Shown here one piece after another: positions 1 to 13,539 of a DNA stretch of 64,000 bases; the first letter of the stretch is position 1; each line of letters starts with the position of its first letter. The notes beneath the pieces are model-generated. The model was not told the origin of the DNA. It saw nothing but the letters and a program-made list of their open reading frames with translations, and searched no databases. The position numbers and the translations under genes were made by a program. This DNA comes from Octopus sinensis. Lineage: Eukaryota. The stretch spans positions 72,168,001-72,232,000 of the forward strand of contig NC_043008.1 of NCBI RefSeq assembly GCF_006345805.1, read 5' to 3'.

Positions 1-830
1 GAACAATTTCATAGAGATGTTGAAGATAAGATAGATAAACAAAGAAAAAAAGATGGCTATGGATGACTAAAAGTAATTTAAAACCGGAAACAGAAGCTCT
101 AATCTATGCTGCCCAAGAGCAAGCACTGAGACCGATTATATCAAATAGAGAATAAACAACACATCAGAAAATGATAAGTGCAGAATATGTGTACAAAACG
201 GTTAAACCATATGGCGTATTACCAGTCAATTCACGCCACTAGCCCAGAAAGAATATAAGTGGCGTCATGACAATATAGAAAGGATTGACCATTGGACACT
301 TTGCAGCACGTACGGACTTGACATAGCAAAAATGTGATACGAACATAAACCCGAAGGAATCATTGAAAATGATAATGCAAAGATCCTATAGGATTTTATG
401 ATTCAGTGCGGCCATGAGATAGAGAATATGAAACCAGACATAGTGTTAATTCAGAAAGAAAGCAAGCGATGCTGAATCATAGATATATCATGCGCAGCTG
501 ACAACAAGAAAAAATGTCGACAGATTAGATTGAGAGGTTAAGCAGTTGTGGTCGAGTCGATGAAAAAAGGTGATAGTAGTACCAATATTTGTCAGAACAT
601 GGGAAGAGTGAGCCAAAATCTTGAGAAGTACATGGAACAAATAGGGGCTGCAATAAAGGTGGAGCACTTGCTAAAATCAGCACTGCTTAGAACCACTCGA
701 ATATTCCAAATAGTGCTCGAACATTAAGGAGTGTTGCCTTAGTTCACTGGTAGTGAATAACCGGCACCGTAGTACATCTCCAGTATTAGAAGCTGTGCAA
801 AGAAAATAAATAATAATAATAATAATGTTA
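1..830 (+). mobile_element. R4/Dong-clade non-LTR retrotransposon, decayed 3' end (zinc knuckle + restriction-like endonuclease) with (AAT)n tail
   Basis: Translates, with stops and frameshifts, to WLWMTKSNLKPETEALIYAAQEQALR, ENDKCRIC..EYKWRHDNI and KPDIVLIQKESKRC*IIDISC (PD-D/ExK type), then runs into (AAT)n at about 805. Confidence 0.85.
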
Positions 831-1040
831 ATCATTATAATAAAAATAACAATAATAATCACGGTGAAGATGATAATAATAATAATAATAATAACTATAA
901 TAATCATGGTGATGATGATGATGATCATGATGATGAAGATGATGATGACGACGACGATGATGATGATGATGGTGATGATGATGACGATGATGATGATGAT
1001 GACGACGATACTAGTAATAATAATAATAATAGTAATAATA
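805..1040. repeat. Compound (AAT)n/(GAT)n microsatellite
   Basis: Directly visible; it generates the poly-I/poly-M/poly-S ORFs. Confidence 0.97.
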
Positions 1041-1044
1041 ATAG

Positions 1045-2375
1045 GGATCTGTGAAAGCATTGCGCAACAGCTAGATAAGTGTTTGCAGGAAAGCATTGTA
1101 CCCAGATGGATGACAAAGGGCAAGACATTGTTGTGTGCCAAGGATTCTGAGAAGGGTAATATTGCATCCAAATTTCGACTAATAGCGTGTCTTCCGCTAA
1201 TGTGGAAAAATCAGCTGTTACTTGATAATCTAATTATAAGAAAGTGCAAGTGAAAACACATAAACTTGAGTGTGGTAGGGCTTGACTCTCGTAATAATTA
1301 CGATATGATATCACATTTTTTAATAACAAGATCCATGGAAATGTATGGAGTAACAGAAAATATTCGAAGCCTTATATGGAACAGTATGAAATCTTGGAGA
1401 ACTGAAATGATAGCAGGAGATCACGTATTAGGAGAGGAATGTTTCCGAGGGACAATCAAGAGAGGAATGTTTCCGAAGGACAATGAATACCCACTGATCT
1501 TTGTGCTGGAAATTACCCACTTGACTGAAATACTACAGAAAACAAAGTTGGAGTATGCTCTGGGAAGCGGTAAGAGAAATCTGAACCACTTGATATGCAT
1601 GGACGACTTGAAGTGCACAAAAAGTGGGCAGAACTGGAAAGCCTAGTCCAGTCTGTGCCGATTTTCTCGAATCATATCAAGATGGAGTTTGGACTCTCAA
1701 ATTGTGCTACGATGGTGATGAGGTGAGGAAAGCATGTCAGGACGTAAGACACATGCATGCGAAGAGGTGAGACGATGAAGGCAATTGAACATGAATCTGG
1801 AAATACTTGATGCAGATGGAATTTAACACAACGATATGAAAGACAGACAAAGGAAGAGTAGCTGAGACGATTGAGAAAAATATTGGCTTCAAAGTTGAAT
1901 GCCAGAAACACAATTTCGGCAAAGAAAACTCGCGCGCAGTCGCATTAGTAGACAGAGGAGGAGCTAAAGGAGCTGGACAGGAAGACAAAAAAGCTTCTTA
2001 AGATGCATGGAGCCCATCATTCACGGGCAGATACTTATCGCTTATACATGAAAAGAGCAAATGGAGGAAAGAGACTGATAATCGTGGAAAAATGCGTACG
2101 TTTCGAACGCGGGAACTTAATGTGATACCTTGTCCAAAGCAGGAAAGCTTGCTAGTGTCACTTAGAAATGAGGGTGTATTGAAAGCAGAGAAAATGGAGA
2201 AACAAATCAAGAAGTACCAAAAGAACATGCAACGAGGGACTACACATTCAATTCCATGTAACCACAACCGAAGTTGATGCAAAATATCAGTGGGATTGGC
2301 TGGAAAATGAACACTAAAAAAAGAGACTGAGGCTGATTTACTAGCAGCGCAAGACGAAGCTTTGGCTACGAATTG
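1045..2375 (+). mobile_element. Second R4/Dong-clade LINE fragment, reverse transcriptase region, decayed
   Basis: VPRWMTKGKTLLCAKDSEKGNIASKFRLIACLPLMWK; ICMDDLK (YxDD equivalent) at about 1593-1613; KEEYLRRLRKILASKLNARNT; ELKELDRKTKKLLKMHGAHH..DTYRLYMKRANGG; KKETEADLLAAQDEAL. Confidence 0.88.
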
Positions 2376-2769
2376 GTTGGGCAACCTTAGGACGATACCG
2401 CATCCCTAACAGAGTGGATGGAACCATTGTCCGTAACGTGGAATAATGCCCTAGACTTGTCCAAAACCACTACAAATCGTGGCAACAAAATCAGGTAACG
2501 AAAATGCTACATTAGAAACTGTGCGATAAATGGGAGCGAGAGAGAGACAAGACATAGTATGAACACAAACCGCAGTGAGTAGCGGTGTCAGAGACCTGCA
2601 AATTCCTCTGGAATTTCTCAATCCACAAAGATCAGATGCTAGAGCTTCGCTGACCGGACCTAGTGGTGGTGCATCACATATGCTATATAGTTGATGTAGC
2701 GTGCCCCTTTGACCCACAATAGTCAAGAAAGAGCGCATATATATATATATGCTAGTTTAACAAATACAA

Positions 2770-4420
2770 AACAGTCCAGCTATGGAAAATAAAAGTCTCT
2801 TTAACATTGCATTCATAACCTGTTGAAAAATTACAGGTGCGACTTTTAGATTATTTACATAGTCCTTTATGCGTATTCACTGTTAGGTATTTTGAGCATT
2901 GCTCGTTAACTGTAATTTCTACGCATAGGAAAGATCTAGGTTTTAAAATATCTTGCCCCCGTTTAACTTCGCAAAAGTATCCCCCGGAATATGTAGCTGA
3001 TTGTGACACGTTTTCCTCCATTCTTTTCTTCCATTCATCTCGCCTTATTTTTACTTCAGGAACAATGATTTCTGTTTTTACAGAACAGATATATGGGGTG
3101 GTCAAATAAATCAAACAACTCCATCCAGTCAATCTAGTTGTAGTTTCACGTCCACGTTGTTTATTTATACATACACATAATTTCCTTTTGCGGTGTCGTC
3201 ACGACTTTCCGTTGAGCAAAACGTTTTAGAAAGAACTTCTATTCCGACCTGTTTGCTTCGCTATACAGTGTGAGATTATATGTCCTTTTTTTTGACAATT
3301 AAAACATTTCCGAGTTTTAAATAGACAGTCTTTCTTAAAATGTAGACTTCCACACCCATAACATAGATTTGGTCGTAACATTCATTTTTCTTTATTTATT
3401 CCGGTTCGAAATGTCAGTAGTTGAGAGGAAGTTTCTTCAATTTTCTTTACGCCCTGTCGCAAGTTGATAATTCTTTGACATTTCTCTGCTACTGCTTGCA
3501 AGGTTAAATTCTGGTACTCCTGTTATAGGTTTGTAAGAATCCGTGCACATATTTCTGGATCTTTGCCATCAAACCTTGCACAAAAAGGAGAAATTTAAAC
3601 ATGCCAGGAAATAATTTTTTCGATTTAAATTTTTCGTACATTTTATTCCGGCGTAAGTGATAAAATTTTCGCCATCTTTTTTTACTAGGTTCAAACACTC
3701 CTACCGAGTGTTAAACAGGGAACTCTTATTGCTGAACATTTTGGATAGCAATTCAATTGTTTCTTTGAAACAAATTTCACTTTTTTTTAGACGAGATAAA
3801 ATTGCAGTAATTTCCATGTTCTGAAGGGTCTAATTTATGAAACATTAGCCTCACTTTTTCATTATTTATCCAACACTTGCATTCTTCCTTGAATATTTCT
3901 CATGTTCTGAAGAACGCCGAAAAAATTATATCCTCTTCTGGGTTATAACTAAATACAGATATCGCACACGCTACACCATCTGGCGAAAACGAACTTGCGG
4001 TGTTTCCCGACTTCAACATCAGTTTCAGCAACTGATTGTGTTGCAGTTCTTGGCGCAACTCATGTTCCTGCTGTTTTTGCAATTGTAATATGCCAGCTAA
4101 CAGGTCTTCCATAATTAAGGAATTTTTTGTATTATAAAATATTGTTACTGACCAACGTAAGCTTCGAATCAATCGTCCCCACTTTTATAACATGATTTCT
4201 GTATATGTCCCCTTAGTGTCGTGCACTAATATAGTGTGATATATAGTACCACGGAACGGGGTAGAAACCAACTGTCTCCACTTGATATAATCCCAAATCC
4301 CCTACCAAGAAATGTAACATATCCAAAACAACTCTAAACGAACCATAATAATTTCGCAAAAGTTTCTCATCTCGCGCTATCAATCAAACACGCTGCTACT
4401 TATACGAGTTCGGCTACTCC
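2770..4420 (-). mobile_element. Gypsy-type (K02A2.6-like) LTR retrotransposon remnant: putative LTR, PBS-like site, gag, zinc knuckle and RT fragment, internally deleted
   Basis: Minus strand MEDLLAGILQLQKQQ..SFSPDGVACAISVFSYNPEED (ATG at 4112); SLFNTR*ECLNLVK; NLTLQAVAEKCQRIINLR; CCHC knuckle CFNCQKKGHIISHC (about 3260-3310); RT piece VEITVNEQCSKYLTVNTHKGL (about 2860-2930); TGGGGACGA PBS-like motif at about 4173-4181. Confidence 0.8.
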
Positions 4421-4499
4421 ACTCTCATATATACACACGCGCGCGTACACACACATATGTATGTATTTATATCCATACATATTTGTGTATGTGTGACAC

Positions 4500-4798
4500 A
4501 CTGTGACAGTGCTCGTGGGTTGTGTGTGTGTGTGTGTGTGTGTGTGTTGTGTGTGTGTGTGTGTGACTGCGAGCGTGTGTGAGTCTGAAAGCTAATTTCA
4601 TATAGTCAAGCACTATTCCACATATAACTTAAGTATTTTAGTAGGATCGCTTTTGAAATACATTTTATAGTTTACACATTCTACATTGACAATGAACATA
4701 AACTATATATTTTATGATACATGGAACATAAGGCTCGGCTTCCAATGATTTGTTAAAGAGAATACTAAACGGACATATATGTATATACATACATACAT

Positions 4799-4838
<40 letters not shown>

Positions 4839-4932
4839 ATACATGAATATATTTATATGTATACACATATATACACATATGGATATATATATATATATCC
4901 ATACATATATACATACACACACACACACAGAG

Positions 4933-4979
<47 letters not shown>

Positions 4980-5200
4980 AACATATATATATATATATAT
5001 ATATTGCCACACGCTGGGCTTCAGAATATTTCCGAGTGTATCTACATACAAAATTTGCATACAGATCTACATACCTATACACACACATATATACATATAA
5101 ACATATGCTTATACGAAGTATATTTCCTACATGTGCATATATATGTATATATAAGTGTGTATGTATGTATTATGTATTCGTATGAATGAATGTGCGTATA
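4500..5200. repeat. (TG)n/(TA)n/(CA)n microsatellite field
   Basis: Directly visible. Confidence 0.95.
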
Positions 5201-5706
5201 TGTATATATGTCTACACGTGCACGTTTGTGGTGGCGTTTGGGTGCGCTTTTGTGTACAACAATAGATATAAGGAGAAAAGAAAGAAATATTGTTACATCT
5301 ATTAACAGTAAAGAAGAAATGGAATAGATGAAAAACTCTTAATATTCCTCATGAGTAAAGAATTTGATGGAAACCTTGTCTAAAACAAAGAAAAAATAAA
5401 ACAAAGAAAAGGGCGAAAAAATGTAAGATGAACAGCTCTCTGCGGGCAATATATCAAATAAAAAACAGAAAGAAAATTATCACGTACGGAAGATGGAGAT
5501 CAATATTGTTGAGCTGTTGAAAGCAAACTTAAAGATGACCATTTTTTTCTTTTTCTTTTCTCTCAATGACATAGACACATAAGGATTCAAGGCTCACAGG
5601 GAGCAATCTATTTTATGGAATATATGAATAAAAGGCTTGTTGCAATGTTTCAAACTTCTTTATTCAGTGGAGGCTGGATTGTTGTAGATGATATCTACGA
5701 CTGGTG

Positions 5707-5707
<1 letters not shown>

Positions 5708-5753
<46 letters not shown>

Positions 5754-6062
5754 AACATACATTCTAACAAGCATACATATGTTTGCGCATATGTATGTGA
5801 GGTTACATCTACATACATAGGTAAATATTTCTACAAACACACACACACACATACACATAAACATATATAATACATTTATATTTATATATGTGAACGTGCA
5901 TGCAAACATATATATATATATAATGTACATACGTATGTATGTATGTATGTATGTATGTATGTATGTGTATGTATGTATGTATGTATGTATGTATGTATGT
6001 ATGTATGTGTATGTATGTATGTATGTATGCATAATTACATGCACATACATATATACATACAT
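5708..6062. repeat. (TA)n and (TATG)n microsatellites
   Basis: Directly visible. Confidence 0.95.
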
Positions 6063-6470
6063 ATCTAACTATCTATATTGCTGTTAGGATAATTCTAATT
6101 TTCTTATTATAAAAGGAGACGAAAATGTAGTGCAGTAGGATTCAACCGTTTAGCACATATTTCTAAAGTGCGTGCACTCCCTTCCCTTCTGTAAGAAGAA
6201 ATAAACCATTCGGTACGTTACTCTACCTTAAAAATATCGCTATTGTTGCCATAGTATCATCATTATCATCATCGTGTCGTCATCACAATCACCATTATCA
6301 TCACCATTCGTTATCATCTTCCTCATTACCGCCATCGTCGACGTAATCCTAGAAATTATTTTACAACTTTTCATTCCTCTTCGAACCTACTTTTCTATGA
6401 ATGCACAGGTCTTTATTTCGTAAGAAGACCAGCAAGAAACACGAAGAGAAACATGGCTACTTAGACATAC

Positions 6471-6554
6471 CAACAAGGTTGCTCTTAAATCACATCCTTG
6501 TATTGGATACATTATAAATGCACAAGAAAGACGTGGTGATGAAATCCCGAACGC
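6471..6554 (-). CDS. Candidate internal exon (84 nt, phase 0-0), AFGISSPRLSCAFIMYPIQGCDLRATLL
   Basis: aactacag| acceptor and TTG|gtatgt donor with an open frame; no phase-matched link to upstream exons was found. Confidence 0.25.
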
Positions 6555-6627
6555 CTGTAGTTATGTGTCTTAGCGCTTGTCATATATACTAGGATTAAAC
6601 AATGCATCAGTTACGACTGTCAGTAAA

Positions 6628-7526
6628 GACGAGATCTCATCAATAAGTATCCGGAATGTTGCTACTGTAACGAAGCTAAATCACGCAAAGTGAAGCTGCC
6701 TGGCAAAAATGAACCGTTGAACCCTGTTGTGTACGCGCACTAAGATTTAACGTTCTAGCTCACTTCCGCTGTTTACAGCAGTGCTTGGAACAAAGATGCG
6801 TAGCGTGTGATCGTCGCATTGACTATGACAGAGAATGTTGTTACAGCCATACCTGCTAAGAGACCCACGCAAAGTTGCAGAAAGTGAATAGAGATGAGTG
6901 TATGAGCCGCACACAAGGGTGAGAGTAATTCTGAGGTTTCCAAGACGGCCGAAAAAAATGTCGACAGTGAGGAACGACCTGAGAGACACGGAACCAGCAA
7001 AACGGAGGTAAAACATCGCAGATTTTCTTGCAGATGTTAGTGGAAATCGGCAAATCACCATCCGCGAGTTATCATAGGATGTGCAGATTAGTTACGTTTC
7101 TGTTCAGTCCATTATCACTGAAGATTTGGATACGAAACGCGTATCTGCCAAATTTCTGCCCAAACTGCTTTCAGCTGACCAAAACTCTCGGATTTCAGTC
7201 GCATATGATCTTCTTGATTGTGTCGAGAACGATGAAAACTTTTTGAAAACTTGATATAGGCAACGGAGTAGGTATTGCCGAGCTTTTGGTAAAATTTGAT
7301 GCAGATTCTCTGCTCAATTTACTCTGTCATGCTCAATGCGACGATCATAGGCTACACACGTTCCTTTCAAGCACTGTTGTAAAGAAGGAAAGTGAGTTAG
7401 AACGTTAAAACTTGGTGCGCATGCACAGCACTGTTGAAGGTCAATCTGTGCCCAGCAATTTCACTCTGCCTGCCTTAGCTTCGCAACTATGGCAACATTT
7501 CGGATACGTATTAATCAGACCACGTA
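6628..7526 (+). mobile_element. Mariner derivative: 5' half of transposase capped by an inverted copy of an element 5' end
   Basis: RQITIRELS*DVQISYVSVQSIITEDLDTKRVSAKFLPKLLS..DLLDCVENDENFLKT (mariner HTH and WVP-linker region). 6628-6833 is the reverse complement of about 7320-7526. Confidence 0.85.
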
Positions 7527-7871
7527 TTTATCAGGTTTGACAAAATTTTTATACCTCGCTTGTAGACCACAGGTAGTTACATTTAACTAGAATCCTTTTG
7601 TTTCATTTAATTTTTTAAATAATGAAAACAGCTGAATCCGCAGGAAACTAGTATTTACTACAAAGCAAAAACTATGATGGATGGTTTTCCTTTGGATCAT
7701 TATAGAAAATGGATTTTGCTTTATAAAACTAAATATGTTCTTAGGTGGCTTGGATTCAAGAATATTTATAACAAATTAAATAATAAAGTAGAAGTACGTA
7801 ATGGTTAACATTTTGGAACTTCTTGGGTCCATAATGAAAGAAAGACGCGTTTCTTGGATATCAACACACCT

Positions 7872-8240
<369 letters not shown>

Positions 8241-8569
8241 GTATGTGTGTTTATTATATACACATTCATATATATACATAATACTAGAAATATCATATGT
8301 TGTAATGCCATACAAGCTAGCTGCAGCTTCAATGTTTATCTAATTCATCTAATTGACTAACCAATTCTAATTATAATTGTAATATTTGGTACGTCAGATG
8401 ATGTCTTTTATTTCAATTAAATAACGTCAATTTAATTTATTGTCAATATACACAACTATTCGGGAATGTAGATAGCGTTCCAAGGTGCCGAAACACAGCA
8501 TAAAAATGTAATGGAATAATATTAATTGATTTATTCATACTTAGACACATTTATGTACCAACACACATG

Positions 8570-8631
<62 letters not shown>

Positions 8632-9230
8632 CATATATGTATACATATATATATATATAAAATTTTATGTATGTAACTACCCACACTCACATATTTGTGT
8701 ATATGGAATATTTACGTATATATATGTAAGTGTGCTTTAAGCGCCTACAAGAATATATTTTATGATAGATGTACGATACAATATTTTATGCAGTAATAAG
8801 CTGACAACAACATACAATAATGTAATATAGACACACTTTCTGTGTAATGTAATAATGAATACAGATAAATTAAATTTATTGTTAGTTTACTCAGGATTGA
8901 ATGATGAATGTATGACTGTTTACCTTCAAACAATTTGAAACATTCATATTTAAACTCTGTATACAATAGCTATAGAAATATGAGCACTGAATAATCCCAG
9001 TAATAATACAATGCTCATCACCATAGCTTTGTTTTATGTGTGGTGGACTGATAGGATCGTTGGTACATCGGAAATCATATCTTATGTTATTTCTTCCCAT
9101 TCTTTTACATTTTGATTTCTAATCCCGCTGAATTCATCTTTGGTCCTCATTCCTTTGGTGTTACCAAAATTCCTGAAAGCCGCTAGCATTCTGACTGTAT
9201 CAGAAAATATTAAATGTATTAACACCTTAC

Positions 9231-9316
9231 CGAGAAACGTGTATTTAAATTTGCTTATAATATTGGTTAGTTCCATTACAAGTTTTCTTTTAACTGTGGT
9301 TATATAGTTATAGTTT
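9231..9316 (-). CDS. Candidate coding exon (86 nt, phase 2-1), (R)NYNYITTVKRKLVMELTNIISKFKYTFL(G)
   Basis: ttttactgttcatcaccacag| acceptor, CTCG|gtaagg donor, open frame; phase matches the donor of the 12531-12691 candidate. Confidence 0.45.
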
Positions 9317-10124
9317 CTGTGGTGATGAACAGTAAAATATGGAATGTTTCTGATTGATGAAAACCATATTACGTCTAACAAGTATCAGTCGCCTCTCCTC
9401 AACAACGATGACAACAATACTGAATAAAATGTATTTGAAATATTAGCTAAGCTTAACATCATAACCGTTTGATCTAAAACTGTCTTTAGATTAACGTTCA
9501 GACATTCCTCTAATTGTGAAACATAAATTTAGATAACTTTAGCGAGTGAAAGGTTTCAAGTGAGAAGCAAATGCATACTGATACAAACCACCTGGGACTA
9601 TGAAATAACGAGGCAGTCTCTTTGTGAACCTTCATATTGTTAGTCATAGTGGGCAAATCTTTTTCAAACTGCAGTTTCCCTTTTTAAATAGCCCATATTG
9701 GGTATTGAACCTTGGACATACTATTCCTTAAAGAAAGACAAGATGGTCATTGCAAGAGTGTTCGTAAGAACTTGATGGTTAAGAAACAACCTCAACATCA
9801 AGCATATGAATTAATTGTCGGCAGAAATAAGCAAATTGTTGTCGAAAGGTTTTATTTATTTATTTATTTTAATCAGGAGAAAATGGGACTTATGACACAC
9901 GATTATAGGGAGGGAAGCAGGAAAGTATCAAGACTTGGCGTGAACGCTTGTTGTAGTGTTGACACGAAAAAAGACACACAATGAGCCAGTTAATGGTATT
10001 AAACTACGTGACATATTATGTCTAACGCCTAGTAGTCCATGGTGGGACATGAAATGGAGAAATTCAAAACGCTAGGACAAATACTGCAAACCTCTTTGGA
10101 GTTCTACCAACCCAACACCCTAAA

Positions 10125-10570
10125 TTGACAGTTTTGAAGACTTTGAAAGGATACTTATGCACTTATGCAGGATTTGAACTCAGCGCTTACAGAGTTGGAA
10201 CACTGCAAAGCATCAAACCCTTCGCTCTTATACTAATGCCAATATTTGGCACTAATTCTATTGCTCGCTTACGGGAACGCAAGCGAACCTACACCGGTTA
10301 CCAAGCACTACACTGGTTGTCAAGCACTACACCGGTTGTCAAACATAACACCGGTTGTCAAGCACTACACCGGTTGTCAAGCGAAGGTGGGGAACAGATA
10401 CATGCACAGATTCACAAACACGTACAGACACACATAGACACACACACACATACACACTCAGAAGGTTTTCGTCGCCCCTGGACTACAGCAGAAGACATTT
10501 ACCCGGAGTGTCAAGCAGTAGGACTGAAGAAGGAACCATGTGGTTGGGAAGCAACTACATAGCCTCACCC
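10125..10570 (-). mobile_element. SINE copy (cephalopod-type) containing an internal 19-bp minisatellite
   Basis: ggaaccatgtggttgggaagcaa and ccggttgtcaagcgaaggtgggg segments match, reverse-complemented, the SINE copy at 47195-47660. Confidence 0.75.
10289..10383. repeat. 5 x 19-bp tandem repeat (ctacaccggttgtcaagca)
   Basis: Units start at 10289, 10308, 10327, 10346 and 10365, with 1-2 substitutions each and no spacers. Confidence 0.95.
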
Positions 10571-11568
10571 GGTCATTTTAAATGTCTATTTATATTATTG
10601 TATTCTTAAAACGGTCGCTGCTGTAATTAAATTGTTTATCCTATGTTTCTATGATATGAATACTCTTACTCTGTGAGCCACCTAAACAACGCATTGTGAT
10701 TCATTTCTGTCCTGTCTTGTACTGCTGTGTTTATTTCTAAATTCTGGCGCATGGCCACGTAATTTAAGCAAGGAGTGTAGTCAATTAAACTGAAACATAT
10801 TATGCATCAAATTCAAGCTATTTAGGCTCAGGAGTAACCTTTTACGATTTATATATATATATCTGTAAATTTTTCATATTTTTAATTTTACTTTCCTATG
10901 ACATACACATACACACAGACATACACGCACATACAGAATCACTCAATCACACACATACACACACAATGGCAAAAAAATATTATTTAATGCAGTTTTATCC
11001 TCAGTTTTTCATGATCTTATATTTTGTAGTTATTGTCCTTTCCCCTTTAGAATTGAGGTTTTATTTTTCTATTTACCTTCCTCGTGTAATTCACTCTATT
11101 ATATTTTACTCTAACTCTGCAAAATCCAAAAGTATTTTAATAAAACATATTGTATACATGTTCTCGATAAGCTTTCTTAGAAGATTATTCTATAAACCTG
11201 CATTTAGTTCCGATGACTACTTCTATGGGGGACCGAAATCCTGATATCCCTTCGCTAAAACGGTCTACACTCATTTCGCACACCATCCGGGCAATTATGG
11301 CCTCCAGTGAAGCTTTGGCTTTTTAAGGAAGTCGATTATACTCCTTGTCAACAAAACTGAAAACAGCAGCTTATAGAAATTAAATCTGGTGACTTTGGAG
11401 TTCACAAGTTCGGTGTTAGATATCCTAGAAATTGCCTCACATCCATTCTTGGTTTATATGGGCTTCGAGTGAAGGTACTGAGTTATGTTGAAACACGTAT
11501 GCCCTTTTCACTGTATACTATATCACAAGAGAAAGTTAATGAGTGGGAATAAAGTTAGAAGAATTGGA

Positions 11569-11925
11569 GTGAGTCATCCTGGGTTCATGTCTCTAGAGGT
11601 TATGAGTGTGATGAGCCTGGGATTATAATTCTCTACAGTTTAGTACGAATCACTCCGGGTTTAAAATCTAGATCTATTGTGAATCATTTAGGATTAAATA
11701 TGTAGATGTTAGTGTAACTCAGTCATTACATTTCTAGGGTTTAGTGTGAGCAATCGATTGGTTATATATTTTGAGACAGGTGTGAATAATGCAACATTAA
11801 ATTTCTAGATATTAGTGCGGTTCACCCAGAGATTATATCTTGGGAATATTGGAATCCGCCCATTGGTTACATCTCTGAACGATTAATGAGAGCCGACTAC
11901 GGAGTAACAACTCATGGATTAGATA
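11569..11925. repeat. Highly degenerate ~35-bp tandem array (about 8-10 units)
   Basis: Recurring gtga(g/a)tca..gg.tta.at.tctaga..ttagt pattern at about 11569, 11606, 11645, 11679, 11714, 11746, 11782, 11817 and 11851. Confidence 0.6.
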
Positions 11926-12530
11926 CCAATCGATTAAAGAGAGCATTCCTAGATAACATGTAACACATGCCTCTGACATCGGAGGACGGGGACATGAACA
12001 GTTAAGTGCATTAGTTAGATAGCATCAAAAACTGCTTGCAATGATATTAATCAAATTTTATCAACTTAAATCCCGTTTAAACTGTCATACATTGTCGGCT
12101 ATTACCTTTCTGTAGAAGTCAGTAATTAAGAATTTAAAAATATATCTTCTTCATAACTATGAGTATTAACTAAAATAGATTGTGTAGCTATATTATACAG
12201 GTTGGAATGTACGTGAATGCTCTCTTTCTGGTTATAAAGCTCAACATATGGTCCATATAACGTATAGGGTGTCAGATTGCCGCACATCTGACTCATGATG
12301 GACGTAAGTGCTTATAATTATTTAATTAGCTAAAACCCAGATATCCACGAAATGAGATGCCTTGGCCAACAATTAAAGGATAATTATTAGTGACAGAAGC
12401 AGCATTAACGCCAAAAGGCAATCATTATATCTATCTTAACGTTGATGTTTCCTTGGAAGACTGAACATTACGTTATTTATATTGAAACGACCTCCCTCTG
12501 CCAACGATGAAAATGTGTACTTTTATGTAC

Positions 12531-12691
12531 CTTGCGTCTATTCCAGAGGTACCGAATAACAATGTTTTGATATTCGGCGTTATAAAAAGACATTCAATAA
12601 TTATATCTCGGATTATTTTGTAAGTGAAATTAGACGGGGCAATTGTTATATCGTACTTCTCTGTAATTTTGGACTGTCCTAACACCAACGC
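12531..12691 (-). CDS. Candidate coding exon (161 nt, phase 0-2), ALVLGQSKITEKYDITIAPSNFTYKIIRDIIIECLFITPNIKTLLFGTSGIDA(R)
   Basis: ctaattccccttgctaag| acceptor, GCAAG|gtacat donor, open frame, normal amino-acid complexity. Confidence 0.5.
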
Positions 12692-13539
12692 CTTAGCAAG
12701 GGGAATTAGTAATACATGTCAGATAAAATTTCTGGGATGAGTATATGACCTCAGAATCAAATCATGGTTCAGCGATTATATCAAGGTTCGAACTGAAAAT
12801 TATTTGATTAATAATTGTGGTATTTTTAACCACACTTCTATTACTCTTGGTCTCTTAAATGCGTTCGTATTCCTCCAACTTTATGGCAGAAACGATTGCA
12901 ATAAACAGAACAAATTATATTCGGAAGGCGCAAAAACAAATGCTAAAGATTTTCATTAGCTATTCAGCATTAGCTTGATTGGAATTCTGTTCGTCATTAA
13001 ATTTATACAAACCAAACATGATCTTCTTAATTGTTGCAATCAAAACAATGACATTAATTGCCACCAATGCAAAAACACATCTCACTCTTAATGTTAAAAA
13101 GCAAATTTAGTAATGCATTTGTTGTCTCCCTTGAGAGTACTCTTCAATAAAAAAATATAAATAGATGCTTTAAAATTCACATGTACCACAACGCCAGCAG
13201 GGACACAATAAAAACTGCATGCTCATTTCTTTTATTTTATATTATTTATTTATTATAATTTTATTTTTAAATTTAGAATTACGATGGTTTAAAAAAATTT
13301 CTTCGCACAAAATGTATTCACACATGAGTTCATAAAAATTGTGAGATTTTTTAAAAAGAATTTTTGATAAAAAAATCATCAATTTTGCAAGAAGCTGGAG
13401 GCTCTTTAAAATTCATTGTACAAGAGAAAAACAAAAGGAGAAAATACAAGATTGATAATGAGTTATAGAAACTGGATATAAGTAAAAAAAAGATGTAAAA
13501 TATACTCACCGCCTAACAACACGAAAGAGATAGACTGAC

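Noticed and set aside
677-1253. Long poly-Ile/Met/Ser ORFs
   Set aside because: Translations of (AAT)n/(GAT)n; only the 3' part of 825-1253 is real LINE RT.
10289-10383. CRISPR-like look of the 19-bp repeats
   Set aside because: No spacers, no cas genes, and embedded in a eukaryotic SINE.
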